This document shows, piece after piece, positions 45,866 to 55,711 of a stretch of 64,000 nt of DNA. Source of the DNA: Patescibacteria group bacterium (lineage in GTDB: Bacteria > Patescibacteriota > Minisyncoccia > Phycocordibacterales > UBA918); assembly GCA_019750255.1 (NCBI GenBank), contig JAIEOU010000005.1:14078-78077 (forward strand). Direction: 5' to 3'. The notes beneath the pieces were generated by a model. That model saw nothing but the letters and a program-made list of their open reading frames with translations. It had not been told where the DNA came from and did not search any database. Both the position numbers and the translations under genes were made by a program. Numbering within the stretch: position 1 is the stretch's first letter; every line of letters begins with the position of its first letter.

Positions 45866-48412
45866 ATGATGAATATGACCTTTTCTCCCAAGTTTCGCTC
45901 GGGCAAAGACACTATAGAGCAGTGGTTACTATCAATTGCGCAGTATGTGCTCATTGTTACCGTCGTCGTCACCCCGTTCTTGTTCTTACCGCAGGCACAG
46001 TTATCGCTCGGTTTTACCAAAGGCTTTGTTGTTTTGGTGGGTGGACTGGTGGCGGTCATTGTTTTCAGTCTCTTCATGCTGCGAATTGGGGTGGTGCGTA
46101 TGGTCGCTCCTGTCGTGCTCATTCCATTGTGGACTTTCGTTTTGCTCGCCTTCGCGTCAGCGTTGCTGTCGGGTGACCGGCTTGATGCGCTTGTGGGCGA
46201 CACAGTGCAAATTCATACCGCTACGTTTATTGCGCTGATGGCGCTTGTTGTGTCGGCTACTGCGCTCATTTTGGAAGGGAAGGGCGTCATAATTCGTTTT
46301 TTTATGGCGTTCAGTATCATTAGCTTTGTCGTGCAACTTTGGCACGTGCTGAGACTATTTATTGGTCCGGAATTTTTATCATTTGGCATTTTTACCGCCA
46401 ACACTGTTTCACCACTAGGTAGCTTTAACGATGTTGCCCTTTTCTCAGGGTTAATAATTATGGTTTCAGTGGTCGCTCTTCAACAGCTCCCGCTGCGTGG
46501 CGTGGCGTTTTGGTTTGTTACCGGACTGGTTGTTTTGTCGCTCATCATGCTTATGGTGGTTAACTTCTTCCTGGTCTGGTTGGTGGTTGGGTTTTTCGGG
46601 CTAGTGGTATTTCTCTATACTCTGACTCGTGATCGACTGCTCTTGAAAGAACAAGTGGAAGGCGGCGTGCCGCCTAGTCCCACCGTTTCGCGCCAGGTGC
46701 TCGTTATTGTTGGGATGATCTGTGCTATTTCAGCAGTGTTTGTTGTAGCGGGAAATTTTGTGGGAGCAGCAATCAGTACAGCATTTAATGTCCAGTACAT
46801 TGAGGTACGACCATCCTTTGCAACTACACTTGATATCATTGGTGCCACGTATAGTAATGATAATGCAATACTTGGTATCGGACCTAATCGTTTTGAAGAC
46901 GCGTGGCGTCAGTACAAGAACCCGGTCATTAATGAAACTCTTTTCTGGAACACCACCTTCGTAGCAGGAAGCGGATACGTGCCAACACTGTTTGCAACGA
47001 TGGGCATTGCCGGCGGCCTGGCCTTTCTGGTATTTTTGGGCAGTTTTTTGTTTGTGGGATATCGTATGCTTGTCGCCTCTGTCCAGGGTGAATCATTCTG
47101 GTACTTTGTGGGAACGGCAGCCTTTACTGCAGCGGTGTACGTCTGGGGTATGGCTCTACTCTATGTTCCTGGAACGGCAGTCTTGCTCCTGGGGGCGTTC
47201 TTTACCGGACTTACGCTGGTGGCGTATGCCCAGCTCATGCCGCAGTCGCTGCGCGTGATGAACTTTACACAAAACCGTCCGCGTGCCTTTGTTCTCATAG
47301 GACTCGTGATGGTTGTTATCATTGCAGCAATCGCTTCATTGTTTGTCATGAGTAAACAATTCGTAGCTCATGTGGTGTATGCGCAAGCAGTGGTGGAGGC
47401 GGCAAACACCGCCGACGCGTCGATGGCTGCGGCCAATGCAGACGTAGCGCTCGATCGTGCCTACACATTGTTCCCGAGCGATCGCTATATATCGGAGCGC
47501 GTACAATTACGCCTTGGGGTAATTGGGGAGCTGCTTAATCTTCAGTCTCCATCAGAAAATGATATCGCTCGATTTAACACGGCGGCCGCTGAAGCGTTGC
47601 GGCTTTCAGTAATGGCAGTAACGGCTGACACTTCTAACCCTGCTAATCATGCGTTGCTTGGCAGCATCTATGGCATTCTGTCTGTAGCTGGTGCGACCAC
47701 AACGAAGGATAGTGCCACAGCGAGCTTCGAGAAAGCTCGTGCCCTCGATCCGCAAAATCCAGAATATGGTCTTATCGAGGCTCAGATTGCGACCAGAAGT
47801 GGTGATTTGGCTGCTGCCCGAACATCTCTTGCTCAGTCATTAACCGTAAAGCCTAATTATATCGACGCCCTCTTCTTGCTTTCACAGATTGAAGTAACAG
47901 AAGGTAATGCTGAAGGGGCGCTTGCAGCTACCCGTTCAATTGTAGCTATTGAACCACAGAATCCTGTGCGGTACTTCCAGCTCGGCTCACTACTTGTAGC
48001 TAATCGTGATCTTGTTGCTGCTCGGCAAGCTTTTGAGACAGCCATTGCGCTGGATCCGAACTTTGCTAACGCTCGGTACCTTCTCGCGCTCGTACATCTT
48101 GAAGAGGGTCGCCGCGATGAAGCGCTCGTACAGTTGCGGGTTGTGCAGTCAACTAATAGTGATAATGCTGATCTGGCGACCCTCATTACTCAGTTAGATT
48201 CGGGAGGTGCGGTTCCTCCGCCTCTCGGTCTGTCGACGCCGGTCGATGAACCATCGGTCGAAGTTGATGGTGAAGGTGTAACTACTACAGACACTGCGCC
48301 AGAAACAAATCTTATTGTGCCGGTCAATCGAGGCGGCGAAGAGACTGGTGACGCAGAGGCGGAAGCTGCGTCCGTACCGGTGGGTGACGCAACCAGCGCT
48401 CCTGCCGAGTAG
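45866..48412 (+). CDS. Large polytopic membrane protein (O-antigen ligase/Wzy-like) with C-terminal TPR repeats
   Basis: About 12 TM helices over the first ~500 aa, then an extracytoplasmic region with at least 5 TPR-like repeats (ALDPQNPEYG...AIALDPNFANARYLLALVHLEEG). Confidence 0.5.
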   Translation: MMNMTFSPKFRSGKDTIEQWLLSIAQYVLIVTVVVTPFLFLPQAQLSLGFTKGFVVLVGGLVAVIVFSLFMLRIGVVRMVAPVVLIPLWTFVLLAFASALLSGDRLDALVGDTVQIHTATFIALMALVVSATALILEGKGVIIRFFMAFSIISFVVQLWHVLRLFIGPEFLSFGIFTANTVSPLGSFNDVALFSGLIIMVSVVALQQLPLRGVAFWFVTGLVVLSLIMLMVVNFFLVWLVVGFFGLVVFLYTLTRDRLLLKEQVEGGVPPSPTVSRQVLVIVGMICAISAVFVVAGNFVGAAISTAFNVQYIEVRPSFATTLDIIGATYSNDNAILGIGPNRFEDAWRQYKNPVINETLFWNTTFVAGSGYVPTLFATMGIAGGLAFLVFLGSFLFVGYRMLVASVQGESFWYFVGTAAFTAAVYVWGMALLYVPGTAVLLLGAFFTGLTLVAYAQLMPQSLRVMNFTQNRPRAFVLIGLVMVVIIAAIASLFVMSKQFVAHVVYAQAVVEAANTADASMAAANADVALDRAYTLFPSDRYISERVQLRLGVIGELLNLQSPSENDIARFNTAAAEALRLSVMAVTADTSNPANHALLGSIYGILSVAGATTTKDSATASFEKARALDPQNPEYGLIEAQIATRSGDLAAARTSLAQSLTVKPNYIDALFLLSQIEVTEGNAEGALAATRSIVAIEPQNPVRYFQLGSLLVANRDLVAARQAFETAIALDPNFANARYLLALVHLEEGRRDEALVQLRVVQSTNSDNADLATLITQLDSGGAVPPPLGLSTPVDEPSVEVDGEGVTTTDTAPETNLIVPVNRGGEETGDAEAEAASVPVGDATSAPAE

Positions 48413-48415
48413 AAC

Positions 48416-50101
48416 ATGGTCCGGCGCGCGCTGTCACTTATGTATAGCGAGATACGCGGCCTTCACCAGGCTGCGTATCTTTTAGCGCTGTTTGCGCTCG
48501 GTTCGCAAATCCTAGCAATTGTTCGAGATCGCACGCTCACACACACCTTTGGTGCAGGAGAGGAACTGGATCTCTACTATGCCGCCTTTCGTATACCGGA
48601 TCTCCTGTACGTGTTATTCGTATCAGTGCTTTCCGTATATGTCCTCTTACCGTTTGTTGATCGGGCAAGGACGAGCGGCGGTAACGCTGCGGGGGCACGA
48701 GTGCTCGGCCAGTTTTTCTCGCTGTTCCTGTATGTCTATGTTGTTGTGGCGGGGGCTTTATTCCTTCTTGCTCCACTCTTCATTCCCTGGTTGTTTCCGG
48801 GATTGACCGAAGAGGCGGATACGCTGACGCTTCTTACGCGCATACTGCTCGTGCAGCCGTTTCTTCTTGGACTATCAACTTTGTTTGGAGTGATTACGCA
48901 GGCTGAGCGGCGGTTTGTGCTCTATGCTATCAGTCCTCTGCTTTACAACCTCGGCATTATTTTTGGAGTGATGGTGTTGTATCCTTATTTTGAATTATCA
49001 GGTCTCGTCTGGGGTGTGGTGTTGGGAGCTGCGGGACATATGCTGGTGCAGTGGCCGCTCGTGCGCAAAAGTGAGCTGTGGTTTCGTTTCATTCCCCGTA
49101 TCGAGTGGCCGCTCGTTCGGGAGGTGTTGTTCGTTGCGGTACCGCGCGCGCTCACCCTGTCAGTCCATCAGCTTATTCTCATTATCCTCGTTGGAGTTGC
49201 CACCACCATGACAGCTGGGTCGGTTGCTGTCTTTCAACTTGCATTTAATCTGCAGTCCGTGCCGCTCGCGATTATTGGTATGAGCTATTCGGTTGCTGCC
49301 TTCCCGATGCTGGCTGAATCTTTTGCTAAGAATGACCGGGTCACGTTTAATGCTCACGTTGTCAGTGCGCTCCGGCATATTATATTTTGGTCGCTACCAA
49401 TTGTGGGTCTCATTATTGTCCTGCGTGCACAGCTTGTCCGTACACTTTTTGGCAGCGGTTCGTTTGATTGGAGTGATACGCGGCTCACTGCGGCGGTACT
49501 TGCCTTATTTGTGTTGTCGCTCCTTGGGCAATCAATTCTTCTCCTCATTGTACGAGCGTTTTATGCTGCGAGTAAGATGTTTGTTCCATTGTGTGTGGCA
49601 GCGGTGGGGGTGGTAGTAACACTTGGTTCGGCTCTGTGGCTTCACAGCGCCTACGCAACCTCTGAAGGGTTTCGTACCAGGCTCGAAACCCTGCTGCGCC
49701 TATCGGACGTCCCTGGAACCGAAGTTTTAACCTTGTCGCTCGCGTTTACACTGGGAGTATGGGCCGAAACTATAATCCTTTTAATCCTTTTTATTCGCGG
49801 ATTTGAGGTGCAGCTTGGAGCATTGTGGCGCCAGACGTTACAGGCAGTCTGTGCGGCTCTCGCGGGCGCGCTCGCTGCGTACGTTACGCTCAACTTTATT
49901 GTTGATGGCGTTAATCAGGAAACGTTCATCGGCATCTTTTTGCAAGGTGCAGTAGCTGGCACAGTTGGCCTCATAGCGGTCATTCTTGCTTATATAGCAG
50001 TAGGATCACGTGAGCTTAATGAGCTCTACCGTTCGTTTAAAACCAAGCTCTTCAAGTCTGATGTTATTGCGCCTCAGGTGGATACTATCGACGCTCTCTA
50101 G
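48416..50101 (+). CDS. murJ: Lipid II flippase MurJ/MviN
   Basis: 561 aa, 14 TM. MurJ N-terminal signature RDRTLTHTFGAGEELDLYYAAFRIPDLLY. Confidence 0.85.
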   Translation: MVRRALSLMYSEIRGLHQAAYLLALFALGSQILAIVRDRTLTHTFGAGEELDLYYAAFRIPDLLYVLFVSVLSVYVLLPFVDRARTSGGNAAGARVLGQFFSLFLYVYVVVAGALFLLAPLFIPWLFPGLTEEADTLTLLTRILLVQPFLLGLSTLFGVITQAERRFVLYAISPLLYNLGIIFGVMVLYPYFELSGLVWGVVLGAAGHMLVQWPLVRKSELWFRFIPRIEWPLVREVLFVAVPRALTLSVHQLILIILVGVATTMTAGSVAVFQLAFNLQSVPLAIIGMSYSVAAFPMLAESFAKNDRVTFNAHVVSALRHIIFWSLPIVGLIIVLRAQLVRTLFGSGSFDWSDTRLTAAVLALFVLSLLGQSILLLIVRAFYAASKMFVPLCVAAVGVVVTLGSALWLHSAYATSEGFRTRLETLLRLSDVPGTEVLTLSLAFTLGVWAETIILLILFIRGFEVQLGALWRQTLQAVCAALAGALAAYVTLNFIVDGVNQETFIGIFLQGAVAGTVGLIAVILAYIAVGSRELNELYRSFKTKLFKSDVIAPQVDTIDAL

Positions 50102-50333
50102 TTCCTCATCAAAACATGACATGATGTTATTGTCAGCTTGCTGCTTCCAGCCTATCTTGCGGTCTGTCATTTTCTTTGATTGTGCTTCGGTTATTGCGAC
50201 TTCTTTCCATAATATTGACCCAGAACATCAGTAGTGCTGGTTTTTGGATAATGAGGCGCTACAAGTAGTTCCTTAACTCACCTGACTAGTCTTTTGGCCT
50301 AAATAAGGTAGAGTATGCTCACTAATACCTCAC

Positions 50334-52133
50334 ATGAACACCACTATTCGCAATTTTAGTATTATCGCTCACATCGACCATGGAAAGTCGACCTTGGCTG
50401 ATCGTATGCTCGAAATCACCAAGACCGTCGAGGCCCGCAAAATGAAGGATCAGGTCCTTGACTCGATGGAGCTCGAGCGAGAGCGGGGTATCACTATCAA
50501 AATGCAGCCGGTGCGTATGCGTTACGATTATAAGGGGCAACCGTTTGAATTAAATCTCATCGATACTCCCGGACATATCGATTTTTCCTACGAGGTCTCT
50601 CGTGCGCTAAAAGCAGTTGAAGGAGTGTTGCTGCTTGTTGACTCTACTCAAGGCATTCAGGCGCAGACGCTTACTACCCTGCAAATGGCCAAAGACCAGG
50701 GTCTCACTATCATTCCGGTGCTGACTAAAATCGACGTGCCGCACTCGCGTGTTGCGGATGTGAGTGACGAGGTGGTGACGCTCCTTGGCTGTGCGCCGGC
50801 AGATATCATGTGTGTGTCTGGCAAGACGGGAGAGGGGGTTAGGGAGCTCCTGGAGGCGCTCTGCGAGCGTATCCCACCACCGCGTCCCAGCGAAACCACG
50901 ACAGGTTTCCGAGGACTAATTTTTGATTTTCAATACAGTAACCATCGTGGAGTGATTGTGTATTTCCGTGTCTTTGACGGTGAGGTAAAGAAGGGTGATG
51001 TGTTACGGTTTATCGCTAGTGGCAAGAGCTTTACGGCGCTTGAGGTAGGGATTGTTACCCCTGAACAGCAGCCCGTGTCGTCACTCCTCGCTGGCGAAAT
51101 TGGCTACATCGTGACTGGGATAAAAGAGCCTGGAGTGGCGTCGGTAGGTGACACCCTTACGCAAGACAAAACTCCACTTCCGGCACTCCCTGATTATGCC
51201 CAAGCGCGACCGGTAGTGTGGGCGTCGGTGTTTCCCGATAACCAAGATGACTTTACTATGCTTCGCCAGGCTCTCGATCGTCTTAAACTCTCCGACTCAT
51301 CGTTGTCGTATGAAGAAGAGTCTTCTGGAGTACTTGGTCGTGGTTTCCGTTGTGGCTTTCTCGGCATGCTCCATCTTGAAATTGTCACCGAGCGTTTGCG
51401 TCGGGAATTTGATATTGAAATCATCATTACGGCGCCATCGATTGCCTACGAAGTCACCTACCTGGACGATGGGCGAATTGAGCATATATATGCCGCTTCG
51501 CGTTTCCCTGATCATGGTGACAAGGTTTCGGTACGTGAACCTTGGATTCTGGGCCAAATCTTTCTCCCCCCTCTGTATATGGGTGGTATTCTCACCCTGT
51601 TGTATGAGCATGAAGGAAGTGTGATCGATACTGAAGTGTTTCGGGATGGGCGCAATCTCCTAACGCTCGAGATGCCTCTGCGCGAACTCATGCGAAACTT
51701 TTTTGACAAACTAAAAAACGTCTCAAGTGGCTACGCTTCGCTTTCCTACGAAATTGCTGAGATGCGTCCGGCTGATGTGGTGCGACTTGATATTTTGGTT
51801 TCAGAAGAACTTATCCCGGCATTTTCACGAGTGGTTGGGGCGCGCAAGGCTGAATTTGATGCGAGGGCAATGGTTGAAAAACTTCACGACACCATGCCGC
51901 GACAACAATTTGTGCTTAAGATTCAAGCGATGGTGCGAGGTAAGGTCATTGCATCGCGTTCACTCTCGGCTTTGCGTAAAGATGTAACGGGGTACCTCTA
52001 TGGTGGCGACATTACTCGAAAAATGAAGCTCCTGCAAAAGCAGAAGGAAGGGAAGAAGAAAGCCCTCGAACGGGGTAAGGGTAATGTGCACATTCCTCAA
52101 GAAGTATTCATGAAAATGGTTAAATCAGACTAA
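50334..52133 (+). CDS. lepA: Elongation factor 4 (LepA)
   Basis: G1 AHIDHGKST and G3 DTPGH. LepA-specific C-terminal domain. Confidence 0.95.
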   Translation: MNTTIRNFSIIAHIDHGKSTLADRMLEITKTVEARKMKDQVLDSMELERERGITIKMQPVRMRYDYKGQPFELNLIDTPGHIDFSYEVSRALKAVEGVLLLVDSTQGIQAQTLTTLQMAKDQGLTIIPVLTKIDVPHSRVADVSDEVVTLLGCAPADIMCVSGKTGEGVRELLEALCERIPPPRPSETTTGFRGLIFDFQYSNHRGVIVYFRVFDGEVKKGDVLRFIASGKSFTALEVGIVTPEQQPVSSLLAGEIGYIVTGIKEPGVASVGDTLTQDKTPLPALPDYAQARPVVWASVFPDNQDDFTMLRQALDRLKLSDSSLSYEEESSGVLGRGFRCGFLGMLHLEIVTERLRREFDIEIIITAPSIAYEVTYLDDGRIEHIYAASRFPDHGDKVSVREPWILGQIFLPPLYMGGILTLLYEHEGSVIDTEVFRDGRNLLTLEMPLRELMRNFFDKLKNVSSGYASLSYEIAEMRPADVVRLDILVSEELIPAFSRVVGARKAEFDARAMVEKLHDTMPRQQFVLKIQAMVRGKVIASRSLSALRKDVTGYLYGGDITRKMKLLQKQKEGKKKALERGKGNVHIPQEVFMKMVKSD

Positions 52134-52211
52134 ATGTCTGATTTAAGACCTTACCAGATACTTTTGAGTTTACGAAAAAGTAGCGACAAGGTGTACTGGC
52201 ACCTGTAAGGT

Positions 52212-52318
52212 GAAGAGTGACTAGATGTCACTCTGCCAGACTCATTGAGAATTTTGCGAGTGGGCGAGCAAAAGTCCAATGAGTGGACAGGCCGCTGTAA
52301 GCGGAAGGGTGACTAAAA
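52212..52318. repeat. Dispersed ~100-nt intergenic hairpin repeat, family B, copy 1
   Basis: atgtcactctgcCAGACTCATTGag...CCAATGAGTggacag..ctgtaagcgg. A second copy is at 54821-54925 with conserved arms and a variable centre. Confidence 0.6.
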
Positions 52319-52580
52319 ATTGTGTATAATAAGGGGTGTAACGACTTTGTTTTTCATATATAGAATGTTCTCCTAGCAGAGAAAATCCTATGCTTCGCTT
52401 GGCACTATCCTGAAATAACGGAGAGTGAAGCTCCGTGGTCTTCGGAGCTATACTCCGCTTGAGTAGGCCAAAAGCATGCTGAGAATAATCACAATAGCAA
52501 TTGCACCCCAAATCCATTTAATGGCCGTTTTTGTGTTTTTGTGAAAAAGGAAACTCATATCAGCAAGCTATTTTTGTAAG

Positions 52581-52589
52581 TGCTACAAT
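52581..52589 (+). promoter_or_regulatory. Extended -10 TGcTACAAT, 8 nt before ATG 52598 (leaderless)
   Basis: tgctacaatagtag. Confidence 0.4.
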
Positions 52590-52597
52590 AGTAGCAC

Positions 52598-52918
52598 ATG
52601 CTAAGTTTTAACCAAAAACGGCAATTACGGCGAGTTGCCACTTCGCCGATTATGCAAGGGGTACTCCTCCTTGTGTGTATCTTTATGGCCCACAGTGCCT
52701 ATGGCCGCTACGCGATTGCCCGAGATATGGCAGAGCGTCGTATTGCTGCTGAGCGAGAAGTGGCAGAGCTGGAGGGCCGTCGGGCCGCGCTTAAAGAACA
52801 AGTGCAGTACATCACGAGCGAGCGGGGAATTGAGGCTGAGATGCGCCGGCAATTTGATATCGCTCGTGAGGGCGAACGGGTCGTTATTATTTTGGACGAG
52901 CCTGTGGCTGCAGAGTGA
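52598..52918 (+). CDS. Septum formation initiator family protein (FtsB/DivIC-like)
   Basis: N-terminal TM, a coiled coil, and a C-terminal ERGIEAEMRRQFDIAREGERVVII motif. Confidence 0.65.
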   Translation: MLSFNQKRQLRRVATSPIMQGVLLLVCIFMAHSAYGRYAIARDMAERRIAAEREVAELEGRRAALKEQVQYITSERGIEAEMRRQFDIAREGERVVIILDEPVAAE

Positions 52919-52985
52919 AAGAAGCTACCGTAAGGCTGCGTATATTTGGTATACTAGAAAGACTTAGCCATAAATCAATCTGATC

Positions 52986-53225
52986 ATGTCAAAGACCGTA
53001 ACTATTTACAGTACCCCCGTTTGTCACTTCTGTCACAAGGCGAAAGAGTTTTTTAAAGAGAACAACATCGCCTACACGGAGCATGATGTGGCGTCTGATG
53101 CCGACAAGCGCACCGAGATGATTGATATGACTGGCCAAATGGGCGTGCCAGTGATTCAGGTCGATGAGGATGTAATCATTGGGTACGACGAAGATAAGTT
53201 GAAGGAGTTGCTCGAGATTAAGTAA
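52986..53225 (+). CDS. Glutaredoxin-like protein (NrdH/Grx family)
   Basis: 79 aa with a thioredoxin fold and CHFC active site. Confidence 0.8.
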   Translation: MSKTVTIYSTPVCHFCHKAKEFFKENNIAYTEHDVASDADKRTEMIDMTGQMGVPVIQVDEDVIIGYDEDKLKELLEIK

Positions 53226-53242
53226 ACAGTTCTGTAAAAGCC

Positions 53243-53269
53243 AAAAAGCCACCCTAGAGAGGTGGCTTT
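53243..53269 (+). terminator. Rho-independent terminator
   Basis: aagccacc-ctagaga-ggtggctttt. Confidence 0.75.
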
Positions 53270-53322
53270 TGTGTTGACAACTGTATCTATAAATAATCTA
53301 TAGATAGTATTATGGTTCATAC

Positions 53323-53982
53323 ATGGCAAGTCGCCTTACAAGTGAAGCCGTAGAAGAGATTATAAACTTAAGAAAAACTGGTCATAGTTTGCCAGAGATA
53401 CGGCGAATTACAGGTCGTTCAAACGGTACCGTTTATAATTTGATCTCAAAAACTAATGTTCTGCCAGAATTCGCGTCACTTTTAAAATCAAAGCAAGGTG
53501 GTAGTAAAGAAAGGGCACGAATAGCATGGGAAAGTGCACGCTCTCATGCAAGCAGTATCATTCCCGAAATTTTTTCGCAACAGAGTATTCTTTTAGTGCT
53601 TGCGGCACTATACTGGGGTGAGGGGACGAAGCATGAGCTCAACATAATAAATGGTGACCCTTGTCTGCTACGCACAACCGTTATTGGACTTCGTGCGCTA
53701 GGCGTTCATGATGATGAATTCCGCGTTACGGTTAGGTTGTTTGGAAAGATGCCCGAAGTAGATGCTATAAACTACTGGTCTACAGCTGTTGATGTTCCAA
53801 AACACCAGTTCATAGGTATTGAACGATTGCCGGGTAACGAAAGTAAAAAGCTCCCTCGTGGAATGTGTCGTATCCGAGTTGCAAAAGGAGCAAAGTATTT
53901 CAAACTTATTATGAGTATGATAGATTTGATCAAATCTCAAAATTGCCCTGGTAGTTCAATGGATAGAACTTCGCACTCCTAA
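53323..53982 (+). CDS. HTH + LAGLIDADG-like putative homing endonuclease (paralog of 16941..17558)
   Basis: HTH SLPEIRRITGRSNGTVYNLISKT and motif LAALYWGEGTK. Its last 38 nt overlap tRNA-Arg, and its stop codon lies in the tRNA anticodon loop. Confidence 0.5.
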   Translation: MASRLTSEAVEEIINLRKTGHSLPEIRRITGRSNGTVYNLISKTNVLPEFASLLKSKQGGSKERARIAWESARSHASSIIPEIFSQQSILLVLAALYWGEGTKHELNIINGDPCLLRTTVIGLRALGVHDDEFRVTVRLFGKMPEVDAINYWSTAVDVPKHQFIGIERLPGNESKKLPRGMCRIRVAKGAKYFKLIMSMIDLIKSQNCPGSSMDRTSHS

Positions 53983-54016
53983 CGCGAGAATTCAGGTTCG
54001 ACTCCTGACTAGGGCA
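53945..54016 (+). tRNA. tRNA-Arg (CCT)
   Basis: Acceptor GCCCTGG/CTAGGGC, anticodon loop cuCCUaa and T-arm TCAGGTTCGACTCCTGA. No intron. Confidence 0.75.
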
Positions 54017-54037
54017 CAGAGCTGGTATACTAAAGTT

Positions 54038-54331
54038 ATGAAAGACATCCCCGATGTGGTGACAAACGAGCAGCTAAAAACCTTGCTCGAGGAAAATAAG
54101 CGTCTTCTGTCGGAGAATAACGAAATGCTTCACAAGCTCCGTCGGGGAGCACTATGGGCGACCGTCTTTAGGGTGGTCTGGTTTGCCTTTATTGTAGGGC
54201 TTCCCATTGCTTTGTACTACATGATATTAGAACCTAACCTGGCGACGCTCGAGCGTGCCTGGGGAGTGATTGAATCAAGCGTGCAAGACGTATCTGGGTG
54301 GCAGCGTTTCTTTGATCAAGCGGGTTCGTAA
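54038..54331 (+). CDS. Hypothetical small single-pass membrane protein
   Basis: 97 aa. N-terminal coiled-coil-like region, then one TM helix. Confidence 0.45.
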   Translation: MKDIPDVVTNEQLKTLLEENKRLLSENNEMLHKLRRGALWATVFRVVWFAFIVGLPIALYYMILEPNLATLERAWGVIESSVQDVSGWQRFFDQAGS

Positions 54332-54476
54332 CCGCAGGAGAGGAGTGGTTGAAAATACTGTCAAAATAGGTACAATACTCCATACCGAAGTAGAGGTGCC
54401 TGCGTGGGTAAGAGGAAACTTACCCAAGCTGCATTCAAACAGAATGTATGCCTAGCATCCATTTCGGTTCTCATTT

Positions 54477-54549
54477 GCTTGGGTAGCTCAGTTGGTAGAG
54501 CATTTCCCTGAAGAGGAAGGGGTCGCCGGTTCGAGCCCGGCCCCAAGCA
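54477..54549 (+). tRNA. tRNA-Phe (GAA)
   Basis: GCTTGGG-TA-GCTCAGTTGGTAGAGC...anticodon loop cuGAAga...GCCGGTTCGAGCCCGGC-CCCAAGC-A. Confidence 0.85.
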
Positions 54550-54552
54550 CAA

Positions 54553-54594
54553 GAAAAGCGCCTTCGGGCGCTTTTTGCGTGCTTGGGGCCGGGC
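54553..54594. repeat. Terminator hairpin plus inverted 16-nt copy of the tRNA-Phe 3' end (nested palindrome)
   Basis: aaaagcgcc-ttcg-ggcgctttt, then gtgcttggggccgggc, which is the reverse complement of gcccggccccaagcac. Confidence 0.8.
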
Positions 54595-54671
54595 GTGAAG
54601 GGGGTCGGGGAAACAGTTGTTTCCCCGTGGAGGAAGGCAGTGAGCGACGTTAGGAGCGAGCGTTGGAAAAC

Positions 54672-54697
54672 CGTGGGTTTCCAAAGTGCCTGGGCCC
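54672..54697 (+). repeat. 26-nt direct repeat, copy 1 (cgtgggtttccaaagtgccYRggccc)
   Basis: A second copy at 55088-55113 differs at 2 positions. Confidence 0.7.
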
Positions 54698-54820
54698 TAA
54701 GCTATATTACAAACTAATGCACCTTTCGTCCGGGCTCGAACGCCGGAGCGTTGTCACGAGCGTGCTTCCTAGCGCGAGTGATCACGAGGCGCGTCCAGCG
54801 GTCGTAATGACCGTAGCGTG

Positions 54821-54925
54821 AGAAGTGAATAAATGTCACTTCGCAAGACTCATTGAGGCACTATATGAGCGGTAGCGAAATATAGAACCCAATGAGTGGA
54901 CAGCTTCTGTAAGAAGTTAGAAAAA
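54821..54925. repeat. Family B dispersed hairpin repeat, copy 2
   Basis: See 52212..52318. Confidence 0.6.
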
Positions 54926-54931
54926 GCGGGA

Positions 54932-54943
54932 CGAGCCCGGCCC
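54932..54943 (+). repeat. Direct partial copy of the tRNA-Phe T-arm/acceptor (cgagcccggccc)
   Basis: 12-nt identity to tRNA 54532-54543. Confidence 0.55.
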
Positions 54944-54961
54944 TAATATGTAACCAAGCCC

Positions 54962-55042
54962 TGGATTGCTTCGTTGCGACTCGCAAAGACGAGGACCTCG
55001 CCGAGTGGAGGTCGAGCGAGTGAGATAGATTGTGAGCGAAGC
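54962..55042. repeat. Family A dispersed hairpin repeat, copy 2 (ggattgcttcg..ctcgcaaagacga...cgaagc)
   Basis: Shares about a 30-nt core with 4643-4718, plus a half-copy at 4753-4776. Both fold as long imperfect hairpins. Confidence 0.6.
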
Positions 55043-55067
55043 TAAACAAAGTATGCACAAGAGTGAC

Positions 55068-55081
55068 CGAGCCCGGCCCAA
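55068..55081 (+). repeat. Second direct partial copy of the tRNA-Phe 3' end (cgagcccggcccaa)
   Basis: 14-nt identity to tRNA 54532-54545. Confidence 0.55.
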
Positions 55082-55198
55082 CATTCTCGTGGGTTTCCAA
55101 AGTGCCCAGGCCCGAAGCAAATGTATCCTACTAACTTCGAATAAAAAAATATGATATCCGCAAAAAGAAACCGCTCCTTTAGGAGCGGTTGTCTCGTA

Positions 55199-55711
55199 TT
55201 ACTTCTGTACCGCGTTTGTCCGAACTCTAAGCTGCGTACTCCTTTGCTTATCGAGCTTTGGTAGGCGAATCTCAAGCATGCCATGCTTTTCCTGTGCTTC
55301 TGCCTCGTCAATTACAATTTCTTCGGGAAGAAGAATCGACCTCGAGAAGCTGCCCCAGAATAGCTCCCGGTTCTGGTAGTTGTCTTCATGTGTTTCTTGG
55401 AACTCTTCGCGCACGCCACGAATAGTAACCATATCCCGGGTGATTGAAATATCTAAATCTGTTGGACTAACACCGGCCACCAGGGCGCGAATGACGATAG
55501 TGTCGTTTGTTTGGTACATGTCGACGGGAAGTTCGCCCTCTTGTGGGCTACGGGCTGCGCCGGGTTCGCTTTGCCAATTGTCGTCTTCGTCTTGGGTCTC
55601 ATCCTCGGCACTATCGTCGTCACCAAAATGGCGATTATCATCCAGGATGCGGTCGTAATCTTCGCCAGGTGTGGCGCCGGTGAGTCGTTCTAAGAATGAC
55701 GGTTTTTTCAT
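55199..55711 (-). CDS. Hsp20/alpha-crystallin family small heat-shock protein (second copy)
   Basis: Alpha-crystallin domain (DMYQTNDTIVIRALVAGV...MLEIRLPK). Overlaps the prsW stop, so the two are likely co-transcribed. Confidence 0.85.
   Translation of the reverse strand: MKKPSFLERLTGATPGEDYDRILDDNRHFGDDDSAEDETQDEDDNWQSEPGAARSPQEGELPVDMYQTNDTIVIRALVAGVSPTDLDISITRDMVTIRGVREEFQETHEDNYQNRELFWGSFSRSILLPEEIVIDEAEAQEKHGMLEIRLPKLDKQRSTQLRVRTNAVQK

Noticed and set aside
52119-52149. 11-bp perfect palindrome overlapping the lepA stop (ttaaatcagac-taaat-gtctgatttaa), considered as a terminator.
   Set aside because: No downstream U-tract. It may still act as a processing or terminator hairpin, but the evidence is insufficient to call it one.
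52447-52558. 36-aa minus-strand mini-ORF MSFLFHKNTKTAIKWIWGAIAIVIILSMLLAYSSGV (small TM peptide) and the overlapping 91-aa track ORF 52242-52517.
   Set aside because: No Shine-Dalgarno or promoter evidence. The region overlaps dispersed repeat family B. Too speculative to list as a gene.
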